From contig CAWEOV010000024.1 of the NCBI GenBank assembly GCA_963810765.1, positions 345,906 to 409,905 of the forward strand: DNA of 64,000 bases, read 5' to 3'. Below, in pieces: positions 1 through 9,109 of this stretch. Within the stretch, counting starts at the first letter, position 1, and every line of letters starts with the position of its first letter. Source of the DNA: an uncultured Verrucomicrobiae bacterium. Lineage in GTDB: Bacteria > Verrucomicrobiota > Verrucomicrobiia > Chthoniobacterales > Terrimicrobiaceae. Made by a program: the position numbers and the translations under genes. Under the pieces are notes generated by a model. The model was given only the letters and a program-made list of their open reading frames with translations, was not told the origin of the DNA and did no database searches.

Positions 1-2
1 TG

Positions 3-260
3 GATTGCCTGGCAAGCCACGGCTTGCTCGACAACTACGAATTCCTCAGGCGCCGCCGCGAGGAATTCGCCAGCGAACCCCTCATTCCGCCGCCACTTCT
101 GACTGGTCACGATCTCATTGCGAAGGGCTGGAAACCTGGGCCACACTTCAAGGCGGTTCTCGACGCTGTGCAGGTTCGCCAGCTCGAAGGCACCTTGCGC
201 ACACGGGAAGAGGCTCTCTCCTGGGTGGCAAAAGAATATCCGAACTCCTCTCCGGCTTAG
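3..260 (+). CDS. C-terminal end of a CCA-adding enzyme / poly(A) polymerase-family tRNA nucleotidyltransferase (5' partial, enters from window edge)
   Basis: Frame is open from position 3 to TAG 258-260. The tail ...PLLTGHDLIAKGWKPGPHFKAVLDAVQVRQLEG.L.TREEAL.WV resembles the C-terminal helical region of bacterial CCA-adding enzymes. Confidence 0.55.
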   Translation, partial: DCLASHGLLDNYEFLRRRREEFASEPLIPPPLLTGHDLIAKGWKPGPHFKAVLDAVQVRQLEGTLRTREEALSWVAKEYPNSSPA

Positions 261-450
261 AGCGAACCCGGCAACAGCGCGCTGGTCTCAGGCGAACACC
301 TGCCCGGTTCGGGACATTCCAGCGATACCCGCCGATGGTGGGCTCGCAGCGAATTCTTCTTTCAACTGGAGAGAGATTCCTGATAAAGGTTTCCCCTTGC
401 AGCGCAGCAAACGCTTGCCTGCTACAATATATTAGTTAGTCTAATAGAAA

Positions 451-1194
451 ATGTCAGCGTCTTCCGCCTCCACTCCCACCTCCCAAGGGCTCGCGAACGC
501 CTCGATCGCCTGGCTGTTTTCTTCGATCGGCAAGAAAACCGTTGTCGCCGTCACTGGCATCGTGCTCGTCCTTTTCGTCATCGGTCATATGCTGGGCAAT
601 CTGACCGTCTTTTTCGGACCCGATGTTATCAACGCGTACGCGATGCATCTCCGCGACCTCGGGCCGCTCCTCTGGCTCATCCGTCTCGCCATGCTGACTG
701 TGGTCGGCGCCCACATCTGGTTCACCATGCTGGTGTGGAAGGAAAATCTTGCTGCTCACCCGCAAAAATATGCGGTCTTTGCGCCCATGAAGACCACGAT
801 CTTTGCGCGTACAATGCGCCTAACCGGCCTAGTCGTCCTTGCTTTTGTTGCCTTTCACCTGGCGCACTTCACCTTGTTCCTTGTCGATTCCGCCTACGCT
901 GGTTTCCACACCGACCTTCATGGGCAGCAAGTGCACGATGTCTATCGGATGGTCATCGTTGGATTTCGAAATCCGTTCGTCAGCCTTTTCTACGTCTTCT
1001 CCCTGGCGTTGGTGGCATTCCACCTCAGCCATGGCATCGGAAGCCTGTTTCAAACCTTGGGAATTACGGACACGAAGCTCCGTCCCATTTATGAGACAGG
1101 CGCGCGAGCATTGGCTTGGGCCCTGTTCGTCGGGTATGTCTCGATTCCCGTGTCGGTGCTTTTCTTCGGTCTTGGAAACGAAATTGTACCATGA
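451..1194 (+). CDS. sdhC: succinate dehydrogenase / fumarate reductase cytochrome b subunit (b558-type, multi-TM)
   Basis: 247-aa polytopic membrane ORF with conserved His in TM helices. It lies directly upstream of sdhA and overlaps its start (ATGA at 1191-1194). Confidence 0.88.
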   Translation: MSASSASTPTSQGLANASIAWLFSSIGKKTVVAVTGIVLVLFVIGHMLGNLTVFFGPDVINAYAMHLRDLGPLLWLIRLAMLTVVGAHIWFTMLVWKENLAAHPQKYAVFAPMKTTIFARTMRLTGLVVLAFVAFHLAHFTLFLVDSAYAGFHTDLHGQQVHDVYRMVIVGFRNPFVSLFYVFSLALVAFHLSHGIGSLFQTLGITDTKLRPIYETGARALAWALFVGYVSIPVSVLFFGLGNEIVP

Positions 1195-3110
1195 CGCTCG
1201 ACGCCCACATCCCACCAGGTCCGCTTGCAGAAAAATGGACCACATACAAAGATAACGCCAAGCTCATCAACCCCGCGAACAAACGAAAGTTCAAACTCAT
1301 CATCGTCGGAAGCGGACTGGCTGGCGCGTCCGCCGCCGCAACGCTGGGCGAACAGGGCTTCAACATCGAATGCTTTTGCTATCAGGACAGCGCCCGCCGC
1401 GCTCACTCGATCGCCGCTCAGGGCGGAATAAACGCCGCGAAGAACTATCAGAACGACGGCGACAGCGTCTATCGTCTTTTCTACGACACGATCAAGGGCG
1501 GCGATTTTCGCGCTCGCGAAGCGAATGTCTACCGCCTAGCCGAAGTCAGCGCACTGATCATCGACCAATGTGTCGCGCAGGGGGTTCCCTTCGCGCGCGA
1601 ATACGGTGGACTCCTTGCAAACCGCTCCTTTGGCGGCGCGCAGGTGTCGCGAACGTTCTATGCCCGAGGTCAGACCGGCCAGCAGCTTCTCCTCGGCACC
1701 TACCAGGCTATGAGCGCGCAAATTGCCACTGGTCAGGTGAAGATGTTTCCCCGCGCGGAAATGCTCGATCTCGTGGTGGTCGATGGCCACGCAAAGGGCA
1801 TCGTCGTCCGAGACATGGTCACGGGTGAGATTCGCAGCCATGCGGGCGATGCGGTGCTGCTTTGCACGGGAGGATATGGCAACGTTTTCTATCTCTCCAC
1901 GAACGCCAAGGGATGCAACGTCACGGCTACGTACCGCGCCCATAAGCGCGGAGCGCTGTTTGGGAACCCCTGCTACACGCAAATCCATCCCACCTGCATT
2001 CCTGTCAGCGGGGACTATCAATCCAAGCTCACCCTGATGAGCGAATCGCTGCGCAACGACGGGCGCGTTTGGGCGCCGAAGCGTAAGGAGGATTGCGGCA
2101 AAGCTCCGCATGAGATTCCCGAGGAGGCGCGCGACTACTATCTCGAACGCAAATATCCCAGCTACGGGAACCTTGCCCCTCGCGATATCTCATCGCGGAG
2201 CGCAAAGGAAGCGTGTGACGAAGGGCGCGGCGTGGGACCGGGCGGGCTCGGGGTGTATCTCGATTTCGCCGATTCGATAAAGCGCCTCGGCCGGGCCGTC
2301 ATCGAGGAGCGCTACGGCAACCTCTTCGAGATGTATGAGAACATAACGGGAGAGAACGCCTACGAGCGTCCGATGCGCATCTACCCCGCGGTTCATTACA
2401 CGATGGGCGGATTGTGGGTGGACTACAACCTCATGAGCAACGTCCCCGGCCTGCACGTGCTGGGCGAAGCCAATTTCTCCGATCACGGCGCCAACCGCCT
2501 CGGCGCCTCGGCGCTGATGCAGGGACTCGCGGATGGGTACTTTGTCATCCCCTACACCATCGGCAGCTATCTGGCGACTCAGTCCCCCCAGAAGCGTCCC
2601 CAAACAAGCGACCCCGCATTCCAGCAAACGGAAAAGGAAGCGCGCGAGCGCGTGCAGCGTCTTCTCAACATCAAGGGAACCCGCAGTGTGGACAGTTTCC
2701 ATCGCCAGCTCGGCCTGCTGATGTGGGACAAGTGCGGGATGGCTCGCGACAAGGCAGGTCTTGAGGAGGCCATCGCGAGCATCCCCAAGCTGCGCGAGGA
2801 ATTCTGGACCAATGTCAAGGTGCTTGGCGCCGGAGAAAACATCAACCAATCGCTTGAGAAGGCTGGTCGCGTCGCGGATTTTTTCGAATTTGGCGAACTC
2901 ATGTGCCGGGACGCACTGGACCGCAACGAATCGTGCGGCGGCCATTTCCGCACCGAATACCAAACGCCGGATGGGGAAGCATTGCGCGACGACGAAAACT
3001 ACGCCCACGTCTCCGCGTGGAAATACGAAGGCGAAGGCAAGGAGCCGACCCGCATTAAAGAGCCGCTTGTCTATGAGCAGGTGAAACTGGCGACTAGAAG
3101 CTATAAGTGA
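1191..3110 (+). CDS. sdhA: succinate dehydrogenase / fumarate reductase flavoprotein subunit
   Basis: Start chosen at ATG 1191 ([10 protein letters not shown]...), overlapping the sdhC stop. FAD dinucleotide fold [14 protein letters not shown], covalent-FAD His motif [14 protein letters not shown], and full-length family-typical sequence. Confidence 0.95.
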   Translation: MTLDAHIPPGPLAEKWTTYKDNAKLINPANKRKFKLIIVGSGLAGASAAATLGEQGFNIECFCYQDSARRAHSIAAQGGINAAKNYQNDGDSVYRLFYDTIKGGDFRAREANVYRLAEVSALIIDQCVAQGVPFAREYGGLLANRSFGGAQVSRTFYARGQTGQQLLLGTYQAMSAQIATGQVKMFPRAEMLDLVVVDGHAKGIVVRDMVTGEIRSHAGDAVLLCTGGYGNVFYLSTNAKGCNVTATYRAHKRGALFGNPCYTQIHPTCIPVSGDYQSKLTLMSESLRNDGRVWAPKRKEDCGKAPHEIPEEARDYYLERKYPSYGNLAPRDISSRSAKEACDEGRGVGPGGLGVYLDFADSIKRLGRAVIEERYGNLFEMYENITGENAYERPMRIYPAVHYTMGGLWVDYNLMSNVPGLHVLGEANFSDHGANRLGASALMQGLADGYFVIPYTIGSYLATQSPQKRPQTSDPAFQQTEKEARERVQRLLNIKGTRSVDSFHRQLGLLMWDKCGMARDKAGLEEAIASIPKLREEFWTNVKVLGAGENINQSLEKAGRVADFFEFGELMCRDALDRNESCGGHFRTEYQTPDGEALRDDENYAHVSAWKYEGEGKEPTRIKEPLVYEQVKLATRSYK

Positions 3111-3111
3111 G

Positions 3112-3136
3112 TTGATGGTTGAGAGTTGATCGATGT
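3112..3136. repeat. phased heptamer array (GTTGANN)x3 plus a degenerate unit, left flank of the four-helix-bundle insert
   Basis: GTTGATG GTTGAGA GTTGATC GATG, with GTTGA at 3112, 3119 and 3126 (exact 7-nt phasing). It is the reverse complement of the array at 3516-3551. Confidence 0.8.
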
Positions 3137-3151
3137 TCGAAGAGGAAGCTT

Positions 3152-3508
3152 ATGTTTAACTTCGAGAAACTTGAGTCATGGCATCGGGCTATCGATTTTG
3201 CCGGCCTCATTTACTCCTCGACCCGTGATTTTCCGCGCGGCGAGATCTTTGGCCTCACAATGCAGATGCGGAGAGCGGCTGTGTCGGTTTCATCCAATCT
3301 CGCGGAGGGAAGGTCTCGGTCTTCCCGGGCGGATTTCGCCAGATTTACGGAAATCGCCGCTGGTTCGTTGTTCGAAGTCGTGTCACAGAGCTTCATCGCC
3401 AAGCGCCGGGGCTTTCTAACCGAAAGTGATCATCTCAAGACCTACCAGGACGCCGAACGGCTCGGAAGAATGCTAAGCGGCCTTCGAGGCTCCCTGCTTT
3501 CGAAATGA
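3152..3508 (+). CDS. four-helix-bundle protein (23S rRNA intervening-sequence protein / Avd-like family)
   Basis: [76 protein letters not shown] matches the family signature FEKL..W...L...IY..T..FP..E.FGL..Q.RRAA.S...N.AEG. The ORF track starts at 3119; ATG 3152 is preferred. Confidence 0.85.
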   Translation: MFNFEKLESWHRAIDFAGLIYSSTRDFPRGEIFGLTMQMRRAAVSVSSNLAEGRSRSSRADFARFTEIAAGSLFEVVSQSFIAKRRGFLTESDHLKTYQDAERLGRMLSGLRGSLLSK

Positions 3509-3515
3509 CGAAGTC

Positions 3516-3551
3516 TATCAACCATCAACTATCAACCATCAACCCTCAATG
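3516..3551. repeat. phased heptamer array (NNTCAAC)x5, right flank of the four-helix-bundle insert
   Basis: TATCAAC CATCAAC TATCAAC CATCAAC CCTCAAT, with TCAAC at 3518, 3525, 3532, 3539 and 3546 (7-nt phasing). The sdhB ATG (3549) lies in the last unit. Confidence 0.8.
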
Positions 3552-4307
3552 AACTTCACTCTAAAGGTCTGGCGTCAAAACAGCCCGCGGGAGAGCGGCC
3601 GCTTCGAAGTCTATCCCGCTCTCGATATTCCCTCGGATGCTTCCTTTCTCGAGATGCTCGACATCGTCAACGAGAGCCTTATTGAGAAAGACGTCGAGCC
3701 CATTACGTTCGACCACGATTGTCGCGAGGGCATCTGTGGCACGTGCAGCCTGACCATCAACGGAGTCCCTCATGGCCCAGGCAGGGGCACCACTTGCCAG
3801 CTTTATATGCGAAACTTTCACGATCGCGACGTCATCACGGTCGAACCATTCCGGGTTGCGCCCTTTCCTGTCATGCGCGACTTGACCGTTGACCGAGGCG
3901 CTTTCGAACGCATCATTCAGGCGGGCGGGTTTATCACTGAACGCTGCGGCTCCGCTCCCGATGCGAACGCCCTCCCGATTCCGAAAACCGTTGCTGATCT
4001 CGCGATGGACGCTGCCGCCTGTATCGGGTGCGGGGCATGCGCAGCCGCATGCCCGAACAGTTCTGCCATGCTCTTCGTCAGCGCCAAAACCGGTCATCTC
4101 GGGCTGCTTCCGCAAGGGAAGGCGGAAAAGAACCGCCGTATCCTCAAGATGGTTCGCATTATGGACAAGGAAGGCTTCGGCAATTGTTCGAACTACTATG
4201 CGTGTGAAGCCGTTTGCCCTGCCGGAATTCCCGCCACTTTCATCGCCCGGTTGAACCGCGAGTATACGGCAGCCTCGGCGAAGGAAGCCATCGGCGCCAC
4301 CTTGTAG
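3549..4307 (+). CDS. sdhB: succinate dehydrogenase / fumarate reductase iron-sulfur subunit
   Basis: 2Fe-2S motif [10 protein letters not shown] and ferredoxin-type clusters [12 protein letters not shown] and CEAVCPAGI; 252 aa. Confidence 0.95.
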   Translation: MNFTLKVWRQNSPRESGRFEVYPALDIPSDASFLEMLDIVNESLIEKDVEPITFDHDCREGICGTCSLTINGVPHGPGRGTTCQLYMRNFHDRDVITVEPFRVAPFPVMRDLTVDRGAFERIIQAGGFITERCGSAPDANALPIPKTVADLAMDAAACIGCGACAAACPNSSAMLFVSAKTGHLGLLPQGKAEKNRRILKMVRIMDKEGFGNCSNYYACEAVCPAGIPATFIARLNREYTAASAKEAIGATL

Positions 4308-4362
4308 TGCCCTCGAGATCTGCGATTGCCCCGTTGGGGTAATTGCATTACGTGATGCCCCG

Positions 4363-5409
4363 ATGATCTCGCTCCCTTCGGTCGCGCAGCAGCGGCAGCC
4401 CAATTGCCGCCCGGCGCCTCCCTCGCTGCTAAGTCATTTGCTCACTTTCTTGCAGATCGCGGTTACTGTCGGCCTGCTTTGGTGGCTTTTTCACGACCCT
4501 GAGCGCCGCGCGGTGATGGGAGCCGCGCTCAAGATGGCGGATTGGCGCTGGATCGGGCTCGCCGTGACGGCCGCCGGCGTTTGCGAATTCTTTGGAATCC
4601 TGCGCTGGCAGCTCTTCTTGCGCATGTTGCATATCGAGGTCCCTCTGCCTGAAACATCGCGGCTTTTCTTCATCGGCGCCTTCTTTAATCAGTTCTTGCC
4701 CGGCACCACGGGCGGCGACGTGGTGCGCGTGATCTTCCTCATGCGCGATCACCCGGAAAACAAGGCGGAGGGATTCCTCAGCGTCGCCGTGGACCGCCTG
4801 CTCGCTGTGCTGGTGCTCGTAATCATGGGTCTTCTTTTTGCGTGGACGCGTGATGATTGGTTCGCGCGGAGCTTCGCCGTCGGCAACCTGATGAAATGGT
4901 TTGCGATCACGCTGCTCATCATGGGCGCCGCTCTCGTCGCCTCCTTCGTGCTCACAAGCCGGCATATGGTCACGCTCCTGCCACGAAAATTTCCCCTGCG
5001 GAAGCATATCATCAAGCTTTCGAAGCTTTGGCAGCTTTGCCTTGAAAATCGCCGCGAAGCGCTGCTTGGAGCGATCTACACGGTGCCGATGCTGCTCGCT
5101 TATTTTTCGGCGTTCTGCTTCGCGGCAAAAGCCTTCACCGACAAAGTGACTTTCTGGGACATGACTTCCATCATGCCGCTGGTCACGGCGATCTCCTCGC
5201 TGCCGATCAGCCTCAATGGGATTGGGGTACGTGAAGCGCTCTTCGAGGAATTGCTGGCAGAGTTATGCGGGGTCCCGCGGGGAACCGGGCTCCTGATCTC
5301 GATCACCGGAATGACGGTTTATCTTCTCTGGGGTCTCGTTGGAGGAGTCTTTTATTTGGCGCGCATCACAAGGCACTATCGCGTTTCAAGCGAAAGTGCC
5401 GGGGTATAA
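4363..5409 (+). CDS. flippase-like membrane protein (UPF0104 / lysylphosphatidylglycerol-synthase TM-region family)
   Basis: Polytopic ORF with the family-typical FFNQFLPGTTGGDVVRV motif. The exact start is uncertain. Confidence 0.72.
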   Translation: MISLPSVAQQRQPNCRPAPPSLLSHLLTFLQIAVTVGLLWWLFHDPERRAVMGAALKMADWRWIGLAVTAAGVCEFFGILRWQLFLRMLHIEVPLPETSRLFFIGAFFNQFLPGTTGGDVVRVIFLMRDHPENKAEGFLSVAVDRLLAVLVLVIMGLLFAWTRDDWFARSFAVGNLMKWFAITLLIMGAALVASFVLTSRHMVTLLPRKFPLRKHIIKLSKLWQLCLENRREALLGAIYTVPMLLAYFSAFCFAAKAFTDKVTFWDMTSIMPLVTAISSLPISLNGIGVREALFEELLAELCGVPRGTGLLISITGMTVYLLWGLVGGVFYLARITRHYRVSSESAGV

Positions 5410-7208
5410 ATCGCGGCGGGCTCGACGTTCCACCAGTTCCCCGTCCGCGCTCGCTCTGCGATCGTCGTGAACGTGTAGCGGTCGCTCATGGCACGCACAA
5501 AACGTGGCCGCCCGCGCGGAAATGGGTTTTCCTCGAGCAGCCCCAGCACGGAAGGCGAACCGTCAAGCAGCCGCTCCAGGAAATGGAGGAACCAAGGGTT
5601 CTCGTCGACGCTTCCCAGCGCCGCGAACCACATTTGCCAGTCCAGCCTTGGCATGTAGGGAGCTACCCAACCGGGCACGCGGCGCGGATCCCCCGGCTTG
5701 AAACGAAAAGCGTAAGTCCTCCAGGTCGCCCCATCGTCCGACCCCTGGACGACGATTTCCCTGCGCTCTTTAGTCATCACTGCGAAAAGCCCGTAGCCGT
5801 TGATCGTGCGAAATGGCGCAACCGATTGATAGGCCAGCATCAAAGGGGCCAGAACCGGAATCGGCCGCCGAAACGATGCGGCGAGCGGAATCAAGCTTAG
5901 TGAAAATATGACAACGGCCATGGCAAGGAGGAGCGGATTGGCCACGAAGCGCGTTGCTCCGCCGGGAGGATGAGGGTCTCGAGCCTCCGGCGCCCGTTTG
6001 CTCCAAACCCTGTCATCCAGGGCCAACAGGCACAATGCGAGGGTCAAGAGGTTGAAGAACCCGTAGTTACCGGTCAGCGCGATCAAAAATTGAAGCGCAG
6101 CGATTCCACCTGCCGCGAGGAGTCGGAGACGCCGGGGGCCGAAGAGAAGAAAGGGAAGACAAAGTTCGACAAAGAACATCACGCGCACACTCATCACCTG
6201 CCACCAACCCGGCAACTGCTGGGCGAACCATGCTACCGGTGTTGGCAGCGGTTGCGTGAAGTAATGGTAGTCGAGCGCCGTCCCGTTCATCCACGCAGGG
6301 TCTCCGCTCGAAAGCTTCACAACGCCTGAGGCGAATACCAAACGAAAGAGCAGCCAGATCAGCAAGAACCGCGCGGGACGCGGAGGATTTCCAGCCCTCC
6401 CCAAACGCAAATTCAGTGGAGAAAGAAAGATCCCAAGAAATCCCGCCTCGAGCAGCAAAATATCCCATTGAAACTGGTAAAAGATCTGTCCCGCAACGCA
6501 CAGGGAAAGGTAGTCGGCCCACAAGAAAATGAGGCACGGCAACGGCGCAAAGCCAAGCATCAATATTACCGACGCGGCGATTCCGGCGCCACACCATCCG
6601 TAAAGAGCCGTGTCGCCAGCCCCCATCCAAAATACACTTGGAAATTGCCAATATGCCTCGGCGCCAAGGATCTCTTTCGCCTTGGTGAAGAACGCCCCTG
6701 CGGGAAGAATACCACGTTCCCCGATCAATCCGCCCAGTTGCACCCAATAGGAAGCGAACGCCAGCAAATAGATGAATCCAAGCAAGCGAAGAAAAACTCG
6801 GCCGGAAACCGCAAATGTCGGAGGCAGCACATCGGCTCCCCAAAGCCATCGCGTCAAACGGGAAAAGAGCATTCTATTCCGCGCCACAACGCCGTAGGTT
6901 GCGTCCGCTGCGCGCGCAAACGCAGGAGTGTCTCCGTAGAGCCTTCGAAGAGTTCTTCCACCTGACGACCCCGTGGCAAGGGCGGCGAAGACGGCCGGCG
7001 CTCCCGACAACCGCTCTCCGTCCGCGCCGACCCACTGCACGGCTTCGGCAAATTCCGCCTCCGAAATCCCGGGGAATTTCGGTGCCGCCTCCTGCGAGGT
7101 CACATAGTCCACCTGATCACCCGTGCTCAAGCGCCAGCGCTCAATCCAACGGCTGCAAAACCCGCACTCCCCGTCGTAGATGAGGGTTGGCTTCGCCACA
7201 ACGCTCAA
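5376..7208 (-). CDS. fusion protein: DCC-family thiol-disulfide oxidoreductase (DUF393) N-domain plus lipase-maturation-factor (LMF1)-like polytopic membrane domain
   Basis: The N-terminus LIYDGECGFCSRWIERW carries the DCC C-x-x-C motif. The remaining ~480 aa are a multi-TM region with a C-terminal soluble part typical of lipase maturation factor family proteins. TTG start 7208 lies in a heptamer array, and a GTG at 7199 is an alternative start. Confidence 0.78.
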   Translation of the reverse strand: MSVVAKPTLIYDGECGFCSRWIERWRLSTGDQVDYVTSQEAAPKFPGISEAEFAEAVQWVGADGERLSGAPAVFAALATGSSGGRTLRRLYGDTPAFARAADATYGVVARNRMLFSRLTRWLWGADVLPPTFAVSGRVFLRLLGFIYLLAFASYWVQLGGLIGERGILPAGAFFTKAKEILGAEAYWQFPSVFWMGAGDTALYGWCGAGIAASVILMLGFAPLPCLIFLWADYLSLCVAGQIFYQFQWDILLLEAGFLGIFLSPLNLRLGRAGNPPRPARFLLIWLLFRLVFASGVVKLSSGDPAWMNGTALDYHYFTQPLPTPVAWFAQQLPGWWQVMSVRVMFFVELCLPFLLFGPRRLRLLAAGGIAALQFLIALTGNYGFFNLLTLALCLLALDDRVWSKRAPEARDPHPPGGATRFVANPLLLAMAVVIFSLSLIPLAASFRRPIPVLAPLMLAYQSVAPFRTINGYGLFAVMTKERREIVVQGSDDGATWRTYAFRFKPGDPRRVPGWVAPYMPRLDWQMWFAALGSVDENPWFLHFLERLLDGSPSVLGLLEENPFPRGRPRFVRAMSDRYTFTTIAERARTGNWWNVEPAAIYTPALSLETR

Positions 7209-7340
7209 CGCTCAACATTCAACTCTCAACGTTCAATCAAAAAGCCACGAGCGGCGTTTGAGCGTTGAAAGTTTAACGCTCCACGTCCGGCGAAACTGCC
7301 ACAACTTGAGCGTTGAACGTTGAGCGTTGAACGTTGAAGT
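7199..7340. repeat. inverted phased heptamer arrays: (NNTCAAC)x5 at 7199-7238, (GTTGANN)x3 degenerate at 7256-7276, (GTTGANN)x5 at 7305-7340
   Basis: TCAAC-type units end at 7209, 7216, 7223, 7230 and 7237. GTTGA-type units start at 7305, 7312, 7319, 7326 and 7333. Phasing is an exact 7 nt. This is the same heptamer family as at 3112-3136 and 3516-3551. Confidence 0.8.
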
Positions 7341-8125
7341 TTGCAGCCGTGACCTTACTCGACCGGCTCGAACGCCATCTTTCCCGTTTTGCGATCCCGC
7401 ACTTAATTCGCTACGTAGTCGCGCTGAACGCGCTGGTCTTCATTCTCCTGAGCCTTGATCCGAAATATGTCTCCGCGCTTGTTCTCAGTCGCGAGGCCAT
7501 CCTCCAGGGACAAGTCTGGAGGCTCGTGAGCTGGATCTTCATCCCCGACACCCTCAGTCCGATCTGGGTCATCTTTTACCTTATGGTCGTCTGGTGGACA
7601 GGCGATCTCCTTGAGGCCACCTGGGGCGCCTTCCGCCTCAATGCCTATTATTTCTTGGGAATGTTCTTCTGCATCGCTTCGGCCCTCATTTTTGGGGCCT
7701 CGGGCGGGAACATGTTTCTTAACCTCTCGTTGTTCCTTGCGGTCGCCACCCTTGCGCCGAACCTTGAAATTCTCTTCATGCTCGTTATCCCGCTAAAACT
7801 CAAATGGGTTGCCTTGATCAGCCTCCTTTGGCCTGCATACATCCTGGCCACAGGGTCCCTGCCCGTCAAAATGATCGTCATCATGTGCCTTGGCAACTAC
7901 CTGATTTTCTTCGGACCGTCTTTCTTGAGGCGGTCACGCGAAAAACGTGAAACTCGGCAGCGCCGCGCAAAATTCGAAGCCTCCAAGGACGATTCTCCAA
8001 CTCTCCATCGCTGCGAGGCCTGCGGCATCACCGAAGCCTCGAACCCCCATGTCGATTTCCGCGTGGCCACGGATGGAAAAGAATACTGCACAAAGCATTT
8101 GCCTAACCTGGAGATCAAAAGCTGA
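7334..8125 (+). CDS. hypothetical polytopic membrane protein with C-terminal Cys-rich (zinc-ribbon-like) tail
   Basis: 263-aa ORF with about 6 hydrophobic helices and the tail HRCEACGITE...KEYCTKH. It has a TTG start inside the heptamer array (GTG 7349 is an alternative). No family was recognised. Confidence 0.6.
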   Translation: MKFAAVTLLDRLERHLSRFAIPHLIRYVVALNALVFILLSLDPKYVSALVLSREAILQGQVWRLVSWIFIPDTLSPIWVIFYLMVVWWTGDLLEATWGAFRLNAYYFLGMFFCIASALIFGASGGNMFLNLSLFLAVATLAPNLEILFMLVIPLKLKWVALISLLWPAYILATGSLPVKMIVIMCLGNYLIFFGPSFLRRSREKRETRQRRAKFEASKDDSPTLHRCEACGITEASNPHVDFRVATDGKEYCTKHLPNLEIKS

Positions 8126-8349
8126 CGGCCAGTCTTCCCTCGCGGACATCACGCCTCGAGCAAGCTCAATCCTTGCGACACGAACCCTTCGAAGTCCGTA
8201 GCGTTGTCCGTCAGGAGTTTCGCCTCAGCCTTGATGGCGGCCGCTGCAATGAGGCAATCTGGCAAACCACATCATGCGAGTCCGGGCCATCGCCTCTACA
8301 TTCGACTGGGCACCCCGCTCAAGGCAAGCGGCGCCAGCCCGCGGTCCAA

Positions 8350-8820
8350 TCACTCCACTGGCAACGGCTTGAGATGCTTCCGTGAGATATCTCGAACCTT
8401 GTCCACACGCCTCTTGTATTTCTCGTCGTTACCAAGGAATGCGGTATTCATCCAAGTCTTCACCACCTCAAGGGCGATAGCTGAACCAATGATCTTGCCG
8501 CCGATGCACAGGACGTTTGTGTCCGAGTGCGACCTCGCCAACCCTGCGCAAAACGGGTCCTGACAGACCGCCGCATAGACGCCATAGATTCTGTTCGCGA
8601 TCAGCGCGCTGCCATAGCCCACGCCATCGACGAAGATGCCACGCTCCGCGCGGCCTTCGCCGACCGCCAGCGCCGCCGGGTACACGTGGTCCGACAGGTC
8701 GACCGCGTCCTCGTTGTAGGCGCCGAAATCCTCAATCTCGTGGCCGCGGCCCCTCAAAACCCTCGCGATCTCTTCCTTCAGAGAGAAGCCGGCATGGTCA
8801 CTGGCCATTGCGATCTTCAT
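8350..8820 (-). CDS. rpiB: ribose-5-phosphate isomerase B (RpiB/LacA/LacB family)
   Basis: MKIAMASDHAGFSLKEEI...GIFVDGVGYGSALIANR...HSDTNVLCIGGKIIG is a full-length match to RpiB hallmarks. Confidence 0.9.
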   Translation of the reverse strand: MKIAMASDHAGFSLKEEIARVLRGRGHEIEDFGAYNEDAVDLSDHVYPAALAVGEGRAERGIFVDGVGYGSALIANRIYGVYAAVCQDPFCAGLARSHSDTNVLCIGGKIIGSAIALEVVKTWMNTAFLGNDEKYKRRVDKVRDISRKHLKPLPVE

Positions 8821-9109
8821 ATTCTGCTCCCCTCTGGTGTGCTGCGCGAGCGCACGAAAGCCTCAGGTGCCGTCGGACGGCGGATGCTGCGTGACCGGCG
8901 GTCTTTGAACTCGCGAAAAAGGGAATCGAGCAGATCAAGAGGCGTCATCATGCGAGCTTCTTAATTAATAAGCGTTTTTGCGTCAACTGCAGAGAGGTTA
9001 AGCGAAGCACGCTGGCTTCCGAGAGGCCTTTTGTGTGCGATTAATGACAACGCGTTTATGCCGCGAATTGATTTGATGGCCGGGACATTCGTCCGCGAAT
9101 CTCTCTCGA

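Noticed and set aside
397-428. Possible sdh promoter: TTGCAG (397-402) and TACAAT (423-428)
   Set aside because: The spacer is 20 nt, too long for a canonical sigma70 promoter, and promoter consensus in this lineage is unknown to me.
2190-3008. 272-aa minus-strand ORF, together with 1536-2111 and 3561-4403, antisense to sdhA and sdhB
   Set aside because: These are shadow ORFs typical of GC-rich DNA. They have Arg/Ala-rich, low-information sequence and are fully overlapped by strongly supported sdh genes.
8149-8270. Minus-strand reading ...IAAAAIKAEAKLLTDNATDFEGFVSQGLSLLEA* that looks protein-like
   Set aside because: The frame is open for only about 40 codons, with no ATG/GTG start or ribosome-binding site and no recognisable family. 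It may be a gene remnant but is not callable.
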